Assembly: GCA_037379345.1 (NCBI GenBank)
Contig: CM074522.1
Coordinates: 37,949,288-38,013,287 of the forward strand
From: Perna viridis
Taxonomy: Eukaryota
Length of the DNA: 64,000 bases
Direction of reading: 5' to 3'
Under the pieces are notes generated by a model that was not told the DNA's origin, searched no databases, and saw nothing but the letters and a program-made list of their open reading frames with translations. Position numbers and translations under genes: made by a program. This document shows positions 30,019-41,324 of this stretch, in pieces; the stretch's first letter is position 1, and each line of letters starts with the position of its first letter.

Positions 30019-30392
30019 TTTTATGGATGTTTAGTTACGTCTAGCTATAAAATGGATAAATGATAAAAAAGAATATGTATCGGCTTTGTGACTCCATCGA
30101 CATAAATATACGACTACCATCGTATGTTCTGATTATAACAAAGAGCCTGTTCAAAATTGCTCGAAGTTAAAAAAAAAAAAGCAAATGACGCTCCTGGTCA
30201 TAAGTTATATCTGTCACTGCCATGTGATTCATTCGGTTGCGTATATACTTTTGTGGCCATGGAAGGAATAAGGAAATTAAGATTGTGTTGTGGAAAAAAA
30301 ATCTAAAATGTAAACAAATGCTTCATTATAGGGATGATAGATAAAGAGCTAAGCCATTAAGCATAAACATCAACATAACTCAGTTTTTAGAC

Positions 30393-30632
30393 AGGGTAAT
30401 CAAGGGAACAAAGATTCTAGCGGAAATCAAAAGAATGTACATAATCCAGGGATAAAGACCATACATGGAAACAGGTACACAACGAAAACACATAAAATAA
30501 CTACAACAACAGTCCAAAGCAACAAAAGTAAGTGAGCAACTCGTACTCCACTGAAAAAAAACCGGGAGAATGCACTAGGTGCGCCGGTAGGGTTAGCGTC
30601 CTCTGCTTTTCTAGAATCACAAGTCGAGTTGT
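30393..30632 (-). mobile_element. Naiad-type 3'-UTR fragment
   Basis: gtaatcaagggaac...gagcaactcgtactccact...aggtgcgccggtagggttagcgtcctctgcttttctagaa closely matches 41325-41545. Confidence 0.8.
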
Positions 30633-31939
30633 TAGAAATAAGTTTTTTCTAAACCACCCCAATAAAAATAAGGTATGATTCGTATGTCGTATGCTTGCAA
30701 TTGATTTGTCATAAATCTAATCTAACATACAACATGCACATGAAACCAGTGATACGGTATGCACTCGAAACTAGTGATGTGGTACGCACTTCCGCTTAGT
30801 CGAAATGGCTCGAGACAAGCTTGCTATTGCATCCATAACATAACATAACATGACATAAATTATTTTTATTTTCAAATCATGATCCTACAAAGAGCATGAT
30901 AAGTTGTACAACGAAAGAAAAAGAGCTTGATTGGTAGAAAAACCATGTATAAGACAGAACAAAAAACTTATAAAAAAAACCACTATGTTGTTTATTTCTA
31001 CTTCAGTCAGTTGGTGACAATTTCCAGTCTGTGATGGCGAGAAAAGCAATATTATATCGTAATCTGATTTATTGAAAATAAAATTCGGCAGCAGCTGCTT
31101 AACCTTGTGTGACTGTCTTCTTTACTTTGGTTTTGACTCGTCACCAATACTTTAAAAAGTTGAATAGTTCCCTCCAGACAAAAGGAGCCCAGACATTAAC
31201 TAATGAAACAGTAAATCAAAACCAACCAGTGTTAGTTTTAGACTTCCGCCCTACAGCTTTATTGGCATAGTTTTCTTGTTAATTCTGGAATAGGTCTTTT
31301 TTTCATATTTTTAATTCTACCCAAATATAGAACTGAGATAATTTGTTTTTTTCTGTTTTCGTTCTTTATTTGTTCTTTGTCTTTGAATTTTAAGCCTCAG
31401 TTTGGATTCATTAGATTTGATTCATTCAGACAGAAAAATGTATTTCATCGCGTTTAGTGTAAATTAGACGAATTTTTATGTGAAGCTTATCTATTATGGT
31501 CTTTTGCATGCATGTTAGAATACACACAAAAAGGACTGGTTTGTAAGAAACTCCAATTTAAAGACAGCACTTCACCCTATGTATTTTATCGTGGATGTGG
31601 GCACATTTTATCAAGACTTCTATCACTTTCCAATTTTGCAGGCAATGAAATATGTGCAATCTATTTCTTCTTGAGAATTAACTTTTAAGATGATGTATCT
31701 TGTATCATTGTTTTTTTTTCTTTTTTTGTAACAACGTATACAAAACAATCGAATAATACATGATGTACCTACATGTACAATGATCGTGAAGGAGGCGGTG
31801 TAGACTCTTTTTAATCGTGAACCACATACTTAACTTAGCATCAACAGATATATTGGCGTCTGTTCAATTTAGTCTGAACGTGTTTTGTTGCCAACGTAAT
31901 TGCAACAATTGGACCAAGACAGAAGATAGAAACGCCTTC

Positions 31940-32165
31940 TCTACTACAAAACATAAACTACACCACAAGATTACATAAAATAAACTACACCACAAGTTTA
32001 CATAACATAAACTACACTACAGGTTTACATAACCTAAATTACACCACAAGTTTACATAACATAAAATACACTACAAGTTTACATAACATAAACTACACCA
32101 CAAGATTACAGAACATAAAATACACTACAAGATTACAGAACATAAACTACACTACAAGATTACGT
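31940..32165. repeat. Minisatellite, 25-bp unit x~9
   Basis: acataaactacaccacaag(a/t)ttacata variants. Confidence 0.9.
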
Positions 32166-32975
32166 TATACATCTGTAAATTTAACAGTTAACATAATTTG
32201 TCACTGAGATTAACATGTAGTGAAAAAAAGAAAAAACATTGAAGAATTAATAAAATTTCAAAATTAAGCATACAAAACTCATCAAAGATGTTACCACAAT
32301 ATAAAAAAATCAAAGTTCACTGTATCGTGAGTTGTATACTTTCAAATCCTGTAGGTTCAGAATTGGCCCGTTGTATTCTGTATTTTGTTCATGTATATGC
32401 CGTATTGTAACATGTTTCCATTACATTATGGTTAGTAGTTTCTGACATAAGTTGGCCCAATGGTATAACAAAAATTAATATGGCGAACAACCCCACCGGA
32501 ATAAAAAAAATGTCAGCTCAAGGTCACCCACGGCTCTTCAATGTATGACGAAAATACCCTCACACCACAAGACAAGCTGAAGCTTGCCCTAAACAATAGT
32601 ACACACACGTGCAGAGAAATAGTTGCAACATAAACTCTAGCAGCATAAAAGTAAATTGAGAGTGAAAGCGAAACAATACATGCAAAGGCCAGAAATTCCT
32701 GACTTGGGGGAGTCAGCTAGATGTTCTTGAATTTTATAAAAAAAAAATTTCTGTCGGCTCTCACCCACTTTGTAGCTAAGTAGCGTCATTTCAATCAAGT
32801 TACTAGTTACATTACTCTATTATGACAAATTGCCCATGCCCATATATATATATATTCGTAAGACTGACCACGGTGGCATGGTTGTGAGCAACACGGTCCA
32901 GTGATGTATCACCAGTAAAATAGTATACACAAACCTACATGTAATTTTAAGTTATACTAACATAAAATAGTCCAA

Positions 32976-33232
32976 GAGAGAGTAATCAAGGAAACCAAGG
33001 GTTATAGGGATAATCAAAAGAAAAAACAGACATGCACAACAAAAAACATGAAGTAACAAAAATCATACGTACAAAGTAACAAAAGCAAATGAGCAACTCG
33101 GACTCCACTAAAAACTGGGAGCATGGACCAGGTGCACCGGTAGGGTAAGCGTCCTCTGCTTTTCAAGAAATAGCCGCCGAATTGCTCATAAAAAGTCAAG
33201 TCCGTGGTAGTCGAAGAGGAAAGGACAAATAT
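32976..33232 (-). mobile_element. Naiad-type 3'-UTR fragment
   Basis: agagtaatcaagg...gagcaactcggactccactaaaaactgggagcatggaccaggtgcaccggtagggtaagc...ttgctcataaaaagtcaagtcc matches the 41.3-41.6 kb copy. Confidence 0.85.
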
Positions 33233-33789
33233 TGACATCCAGCGGTTCAAAAAGGACTTCAGTGTCAGTGTATCGTTAATGTCTGGTAATTGTTCGGTTA
33301 TACTGTTACCATGGTAATTATTGTAGATACTAGTAAGCCAGGATGGCACTAAGTTGCAACGATTCGATATATTAATGAAGTTTCAATAAAACTTTATAAA
33401 AATTCTTGAATCATTTTTGTATTCAATTACACGATAGGATCAACTGCTGCAGATGAGTATAACGTGTGTTTTTCTGTACTGTGAAAATGTTTTTAATTTG
33501 TTCACGAACAAGGTTATGGTCTGCAATTTTATTCGCCTACTCCTTCATCATTATAAAAGTGTTATTTCATCTAAAATTTGCATTATTACATGAACAGTAA
33601 GAACTGTAGAGTCATGAATACAAATGTAAAGAGCTGATGAACAGTTATAATACTTATTTCGTTTACATTTTAACAATTATGCGTTTTCTTTACATCGTTT
33701 TAGTGTTGGTACACACAATTTTATCTCCTAATAAAAAATCTGCTTCTAAGCATCCTCTTTGCTGATTATCTGTCTGGTCCTGAAATTTC

Positions 33790-34343
33790 GACTTTCCTTT
33801 CATCTGTGGCAACATCCCTTCAGCACCTGCGTATTGAGTATTCATATCACAACTCATACGTTATGTCAGAGCTTGCCGAAACTACGCAGACTTTTTGTAT
33901 CGCGTTAGAACTCTAACAAATAGGCTTCTGGAACAGGGTTATGTTGCTACAAGATTGAAGTCATCACTACAGAAGATTTATGGTCGTCATCATGAACTGA
34001 ACTCGTGGATCGTTAATATGTATCCATCTGCACCATAAAAACTGATTTATTCAACGGGTCATAGTTTTCATTTCCTCGTTTGTCTACCCCGGACTTGACT
34101 TTTTATGAGCAACTCGGCGGGTGTTTCTAGAAAAGCAGAGGATGCTTACCCTACCGGTGCACCTGGTCCATGCTCCCAGTTTTAGTGGAGTCCGAGTTGC
34201 CCATTCCTATTGTTACTTTGTATGTATGATTTTAGTTACTTTATGTTCTTTGTTGTGTATGTCTGTTTTCCATGTCTGGTCTTTGTCCCTGGATTGCATT
34301 CTTTTGATTACCGCTATAACCTTGGTTCCCTTGATTACTCTTT
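33790..34343 (+). mobile_element. 5'-truncated Naiad-type element: RT C-terminus (decayed) plus complete 3' UTR
   Basis: Encodes FPFICGNIPSAPAY*VFISQLIRYVRACRNYADFLYR..., highly similar to the 41.3-41.85 kb copy, ending in ttgattactcttt. Confidence 0.9.
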
Positions 34344-35289
34344 CCTATAAATGTACATACATTCCGCAATGCTACGTCGGCATTTGATAAAATTTTCAGT
34401 ACAAACAAAAAAGTTACGTCTTTTTTGAAAATGTCCCAAGAAATATCAGATGTCAATATTTTCCGTGTTCGTTGAGAAAATTCCATGCCCCAGCGCAATT
34501 CTACAATCAATTGGCAATTTCTTCTATGAAATAATGATACTTTGTAATTGTACATGTACATACATTTAGCAATACATGCACATATTTCATTTTTTATTAT
34601 TTAAACCGTTTAAAAGGGGTAAAATTTGAAAAAAACAAATGTGTAGCGATTTGTCCAATTTTCACTTTTTGAACGTTTGGAAAGTTTTCCGTCGATCGTG
34701 AAATGGGGAAATAAAGCGGAAATATCGACAAAAATATCGAAATCCATGGTATACAAAAATACTAAACGTATCTTGTTTCATCTTATTAATAAACGAAAGA
34801 ATAAAAGAATTGAATAAATTCTTAATGCTAACAGATAGAATGAAAGTAGAAAAGGGAGTCATAAACATTTTTTGTATATTTCGGAAAGTGCAAATGAGCA
34901 AATGAAATGAAAATCTTCACCATTGAGCGGCTATCTGATGGGTGTTGATGAAAGCCCGATTTTCTGATGAATAAAAAGCTCTTTCAATCGAAAAACTAAG
35001 TTGTGAAGAGCCCAAATTCTGCTATTGGTACATGTAACATAAAATCATACATGTATATCAAAATGCACATTTTAACTTATCTTAGGAGAAAATTGCAATA
35101 TTCTCTCTCTAGACAGACAGAGTGGTTGCATTCCACGCTGCGATGTACATGTACAATGTATGTGCAGATTTAATATATTGGTAGCACTGATAATCAATTT
35201 AATCATTTTTTTCGATTTTCTGAGAAATGTTTTAGATGTTTAAGATGTTTTAATTGCTACCAATCAACAATAGCGTTCGGAACGTCACT

Positions 35290-35460
35290 AAGGAAAACCT
35301 GACAATGGTGCAAAGTGTTGGGAAAGATGCCACGTTCCTTGCACGTAAAAGAAACCTTCCGTGGTATTCTTTCAGGGTAGGAACCATTGGGCTCTGCCAG
35401 AGGAGGCTAAATTGCCCGACCATACCCACCTCTCCCAATTTTCAGTGGAAATCAAATTTA
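35290..35460 (+). mobile_element. Partial copy of the SINE-like element at 48378-48877 (central Deu/Nin-like region)
   Basis: gttgggaaagatgccacgttccttgcacgt...ggaggctaaattgcccgaccatacccacctctccc is identical to the reverse complement of the matching blocks within 48525-48640. Confidence 0.85.
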
Positions 35461-37128
35461 TTTTTGCTCGGGTGGGATGTTGTATGTCTATTTTGGAGGG
35501 TTGTCTGTTCACATAACAGTATTTTACGTTTCTGGAAAATCGGGGTCTGTTCCGATTTCCGGATTAAATTTAGGTTAACATATTTTACCTACCGGTAGCA
35601 GACGTATATTTTTTGTAGTTTACTTGTTTGTGTAAAATCATTATAGAAGTTCGTCGTATATCTTGACGTTTGTTTGTATCATATATAAATGTTCCCTATC
35701 GATAGAAGGATACAACACTAGGGCGTTTCGGTTAGTAAACAAGCACCTGTAGTTTATAGTTTTTTCTTCTTCCCTTTTTTTTTTAGCAAATTACAGCACA
35801 AAAAACGTGATTATGTTCCAGCAGCTAAGGACATAATAAAGAGGGGAAGACCTGTAACGCTATGGTTTTTTTTATTTATTTTTTTTTTTGTACTTTACAA
35901 CAATTTCTATAGTGTTGTTTATTACCTAAACGTCATCCATATAAATTTATATAGTTATGGCAAGTCGACTCGATCGGTGAAGCAATTAGATTTCCGGAGT
36001 AACCCAAGCTCAGATCATTCACCCCATCCTTTAAGTAGGATGGTCCGTAAACAGACAAAAATAAAATCAAGAAACCTTCATATGTTCTGCAAAACAATGC
36101 TCTGAAAATCGGTACTGAAGAGATTGAAACGAATGACATTCACAGGATTGCTCTTTGATTAAATATGATGCATGTGCTGATAAGGATACTAGTTTTTTTT
36201 ATTTTTATTTTTATTTTTTTAATTTTTTTTTTAGGAATGGTCGATCGTTTCCAAGAATTTGGCGATCAATATGAATCACGATGATACAGGGCTCGATGAT
36301 ATCAGACTATAATGATGACAAATCAGGCTTACCGATCGATTGACCAATTTCTGACAAATTCATCGTAGTAAGTCATCGGCTATTGGTTTCCAATATACGT
36401 AATTGTAGGGTAAAAAATATAGAGTTGTTTTGAAGCAGTATTCTCAAGGTCGTGTTTACAGTGACGGGTTTTATAACAACTAATTAACAACGTCTGAATA
36501 AGGTATGACTCTTTAAATTGATTGAAGTCGATCATTTGATACGTCTGCAAACGACAGCCTTGAAGAGGACCACAAAACATTGAATATTTTTTTTATAATA
36601 ATAACGTTACAGAAAAATAACATCAAACACAGAATATTGATACTTCTGAAAAACTATGCAAACAGCGTCTAAGTAAACAAACTTATAAAAAAAAAATAAT
36701 GCGGTTTCCTTTAACAACCTAGTTAATTGTTTTGTCGGACTCTCCAACAGGAAAGTCGCAGTCTCCTGGAATAATTGGGTAAGTGATATGATATTCCCTC
36801 GTTTCATGCCATGTTGTGTGGTAGATTAAACTTGTGCCATAGATAGTTTCCAGCACTATTGCAAGACAGTCGGTCTCAATTTTTAGAATTAAGAAATTTG
36901 GCTCGACATATGGAACTGTAAATATCATGTGTGTGGTTCAAATTCCGTTGAAATGATCCTCACTTGGTATTCAGAGGCAAAGCACCCAAACCTCGACTGG
37001 TACGACAGAAAGGGTGTCTTTCTCTATAATACATTTTTTATACCTCGTGAAGAACAGGGACTCCACAAATATATATATATATTAAATTAGGTCTAAAATG
37101 CTTATGCATGCAGTAACTGAGCGTGATA

Positions 37129-37593
37129 CAGTGGATTCCACTTCATCGCATACCTGTTAATTGCATATTCCTGTTAATTGCCTAGAAACTCAAAGAACAA
37201 AAACTTTTACCATCTTATCCGTGTAAAAAATTATTCTCTTATTTGCATAACATAAGACCAAAAAAAAAAAAAACCAAAATCCTCTTAACTGCGTTGTTTA
37301 ATATTTTCAAAATTTACTCAAAAATATACCTAAATGGGTATATAACAATAGTCATTGTTAGTGAAATACCTCAGTTTTCTTAAGAAGGTTGTTTTTACAA
37401 TACTTTCTCTCCTTTGAATAGACACTAAGGCAGGAATCTGATTAAACATGAGAAAAGAATTATATATCCCACTTATACATTGAAAATATTAGGTAAAATC
37501 CCTGGAAAATGGTCATTTCTTTTCTTTGCAAGTGCCTGTTAATTGCATAGTTTTTTTCTGACAGTAAGTTATGCGATTAACAGGAATCCACTG
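37129..37593. mobile_element. Tc1/mariner-pogo-type MITE
   Basis: TA|cagtggattccacttcatcgcata ... tatgcgattaacaggaatccactg|TA: 24-bp TIR (20/24 match), TA target duplication, subterminal cctgttaattgc repeats. Confidence 0.88.
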
Positions 37594-39249
37594 TATACCT
37601 CAGCGAACGAACGCTTTACAAAGCAATCAAGAACCATACTAATGATTTTCAGACATATGTCAGGCTGAAATCGTAACATTGTTTTTTCACTAGATGCTAC
37701 ATGTAGCAAACGGAATTTTGCTTTACCATTAGAGCCAAAGAAAACATAAATTGGACACAGAGATACAAACTAACTAGGAGTTAGATGTGAAGGGTACGGG
37801 TTGACCTGCCAGAATGTTCAATAGTTTTTCTCCTTTTCAATTTACAACAGCTTAACTCTGTTAAGAACAAATTCTATCGACACCTGGGTACTATTAGTAA
37901 CACTTGTTTTTATTTTAAAGGAAGTCAATGGCTAATAAACTTTTCAAACGGAAAAAAACTTGCCGCTGACACAAATAATCAAAATGGTAAGAAAAAGCGT
38001 TTTGGCGTTGTATTGTTCGTCGCATATGATAACCTTTCAAACATGGTACCACAATAAAATGCAATGAAAGTCTTTTGGTTTCTTTCTTTTGGCTTGCACT
38101 GGCATGTTTAAGACGAATATCACGGCGATATGAAGTAAAGAAAAACTACTACCAAATCAATTAGGATACAATAATGCATGGAAGAGGCGGATTCAGGCGG
38201 GGCGTGGCGGGCGTGCGCCCCACCTAAAATTGCAAAGCATGGGTTGTCCTCAGCTTAATAAAGTATCTGAAGAGACGACGAAAATTATCGTCCTCGCATT
38301 CCATCCGTTTTAACATTCAAAGTATATAAAACAGTATCATTACACGTGATTACTAATCATCTGACCTACCGTTTATTTAAGTTCTATAAATATCATATAC
38401 TTCAAAGGAAGGTGTCAAACGCGGTGCTGCGTTTGATAACAAATATTATGGGCTTATAGCAGTTAAAGTTAAAACAATTGTTACATTGTAGTTGCGGTTT
38501 TTATAAATAATTTCTTTGATAATCGAATTTCAAAAACACCCCTAACTAACTTTCGTTGGTTAGTTCATTATGGCACGGCCAAGAAAACAGTCCAGGTTAG
38601 ATTCTTTCTTAATGAAAGATAGAAATACTGGTTCAAGCGAAAGGTTAGGTATTAATTTTATCATTATTTACTATCTGTGCTACTGTGTCTAAATATATTT
38701 CTCACTTGCAACCTAAACATGTTGCCGGTCTATGCATAAAAGGTCATGGCTAGACCCGTATTACCGTATTACATTGGATTACAAGAAAATAAGCATAATT
38801 CCGTAAAAGCATCTCATTCTGACATAAGTGGTTTGCCATGAAAACAGTATATGTAAAATGTGGCACGTCTCCAAAAATCAAAAATTTACAAAAAGATTTT
38901 ATGAAAAGACAATTAAAAATCTCTGGTAAAAGTAGAAATATTCGTTTGCAAAATCTAATATTGATCCGGTGAGCTATTGTCATCTGTCTCGTCTTACTTT
39001 GCGTCCGTCAGTCCGCCCGTCTATCTGTTAACTCTTCACAGGTTTTATTTCACGTTTATGAAACCATGTACATTTGGCTTAGACACATTGAAGATGTGCA
39101 AAACAACGGTTAATAATTTTTTTCATGGTGTTCCTGTATCTCTTTATGTCACAACTACCAGCACAATGTCTTTCAAAGTTAAGTTTAAATATTACCTGAT
39201 ATTTCTATATAGATAAGTTTACAACAAATACTGGTAGTTTGATTGTAGA

Positions 39250-39706
39250 TTGGCTTGCAAAGGAACACAGCATCAAGGTATTCTAGTAGATGGTGGAAGA
39301 CAATACGTTTGTATTGCCCTGTGTTTCATGGCATCTGTCACCCACGAACCATCTACTCATATTCTTCAATTTGGTACAGATCTTTGCCACTCAATATGCA
39401 CGAATCGTAGCTATATGCTTGTAAATGAAATACCAAGTACCGTTGATATTGCGGGAAGAAGTCTACACTATCATGTTATAGAGTCGAGAGGCGGATCAAC
39501 AGCCCATGCAGTAGACGACTTGGACGCCTTGTGTATTAGTATCAGAGGAGCACTTAAGCACTGCTATGAGGAATCAGATATGTGTTTTATGACAGTTGGA
39601 AAATACCTAAGTTGCACTATTGGTACAAAAAAGACAGATGCTCAGATGTACTTGGTAATGGACTCGCATAGCAGAGATGAATCTGGAAAATCGATCCCAG
39701 ATGGGA
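39250..39706 (+). pseudogene. Peptidase C76-like (herpesvirus tegument-type deubiquitinase) domain remnant inside the hAT element
   Basis: KGTQHQG...GGRQYVCIAL...ILQFGTDL...YMLVNEIP...YLVMDSHSRDESG...PDG matches the G.xHQG / GxQC / DSHSR pattern. The putative catalytic Cys reads Tyr (TAC versus TGC). Confidence 0.55.
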
Positions 39707-39888
39707 ATTACGGTTCAAATTGTCAACAAAACAGGGTCTCTCGTGGAAAACTATCGAAACTTCAATAAGAAATGTAATTTTTGTAGCAAATTTAGTATCA
39801 GCACACAGGAAAATGATTCCGGAATCGAACTAGGTAGGTGTGACATGCACAATTTCAACTTGAAAGTCGTTACAAGCGGTTGAAGGGC

Positions 39889-40131
39889 GATACTCCGCGG
39901 TACCGCTAAATCTCCAACTTTTTGTATGGCACATTGTTCTGACTCCAACCCGACATATCAATATCCAAATAAAAAAGAGGAGGGTTGCAGGGTCAAAGGA
40001 AATTCGGACTATACTCCGCGGTACCGCTAAATCTCCAACTTTTTGTATGGCACATCGTTCTGACCCCAACCCGACATATCAATATCCAAATAAAAAAGAG
40101 GAGGGTTGCAGGGTCACTGGAAATTCGGACT
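39889..40131. repeat. 121-bp tandem duplication within a probable nested insertion (~39708-40412)
   Basis: tactccgcggtaccgctaaatctccaac...gagggttgcagggtca at 39891 and 40012. Confidence 0.9.
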
Positions 40132-40453
40132 ACAACAAAACATGTGAATTGCGATATATTATGTGGACTTTTTCGTAAATTAACTTGACTTATTGACTTA
40201 GTATCTCGAGACAAAAGCTAGTTTTTCGTGGTAAGTTACGATAACTTATCACAAAATTTCGCGTTCGAAATAATACAACAATTCAAGTTATTTCACAAAA
40301 AAAGTCAACATGATTTATCACAATGTATACACTTTGTAGCTGACACTACTTGGCATTTTCATAACTTTAAAGTAAAAAACTGCGATAGTTTGTGTCGACA
40401 GATATCAATACGTTCATGGCAAGTTGAGCTAACTTGTCTCCATTACAAAGGTC

Positions 40454-40675
40454 TTGAATTTGTGTTTCCTTACGTCCGTAACGACCAGTTCAGTAGAGAG
40501 AGCAAACTCTTCTCTCCGCCTCGTGAAGAATTGCTTCAGAAGTTCTATGAGTGAGGATCGATTTAATGCCTTAGTTGTGCTGTTTGTCTACATTGATATT
40601 GACATCCCAACTGTTTTGGACGTGTATGCTAGGAAATATCCTAGACGAATCTTACTATTAAATCCATTGGCATAA
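40454..40675 (+). pseudogene. hAT transposase C-terminal dimerisation domain remnant
   Basis: TSVTTSSVERANSSLRLVKNCFRSSMSEDRFNALVVLFVY...VLDVYARKYPRRI fits the hATC consensus (VT..S.ER.FS.L..IK..LRS.M...RL..L). Confidence 0.85.
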
Positions 40676-41324
40676 TAAAACTTAAATCATTCAAAAGATG
40701 TATTGTCATTGTTACGGACACTGTAGAAAATAAAATAAATTTTCGCATTATCTTCATCGTAACATTCGCTTGATTTTTGTATATGGAGGGTCAGCTTGTG
40801 TACTCTGGATTGAGGTCTGTCTCTATTCTACTTCTCTTTAGTCCCGTTTTCTGGTAAATATATGGGAGTAGTCTCAATGAATAGCTCTGAGATTTATGGT
40901 TAATTATGTTGCTTGCATATTGTTGTAAGGGACAGATTTAAGCAGTTTTAGGTTGAAACCTTAATTTCTCGCTAATTTTACCACAAAATATATCTACATT
41001 GTACACACTCTAGAAGAATTAAAAAAAATAATAATCTACAAAAAATTTTTTTCGCCTCGCTCCGCTTGGTGAAATTTTAACTGTGCCCCCCCCCCCCCCA
41101 CCAATCTAAAATCCTGGATCCGCCCCTGCATGCTTTTTGTTTCTCAACAAACTGGTAGTTTTCGTTGTAGTCAGGACAAGGAGAAATTATAGGCAGGTTC
41201 GCTGGTGCTCTTTTGGGTTATTAAGAATCCATGTTTATCACAACTTTTGTCAAGAACTGAGAATATTATTTAAAACTTAGACGTACTAAACAGTTTTACT
41301 TAGTATTATATTATAATCTTTGTA

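Larger units (their letters stand above)
38182..41128 (+). mobile_element. Decayed, internally deleted hAT-family DNA transposon
   Basis: Imperfect TIRs (aagaggcggattcagg / cctggatccgcccctg), GC-rich subterminal tracts and a hAT C-terminal dimerisation remnant. No clean 8-bp TSD seen. Confidence 0.65.

Noticed and set aside
33014-34387. ORFs 33014..33349, 34121..34387 and the similar 41286-41523, 12134..12340 and 61236..61430 (MLTLPVHL / ITVPEHL peptides)
   Set aside because: Chance translations of the repeated Naiad 3' UTR; frames are not conserved between copies.
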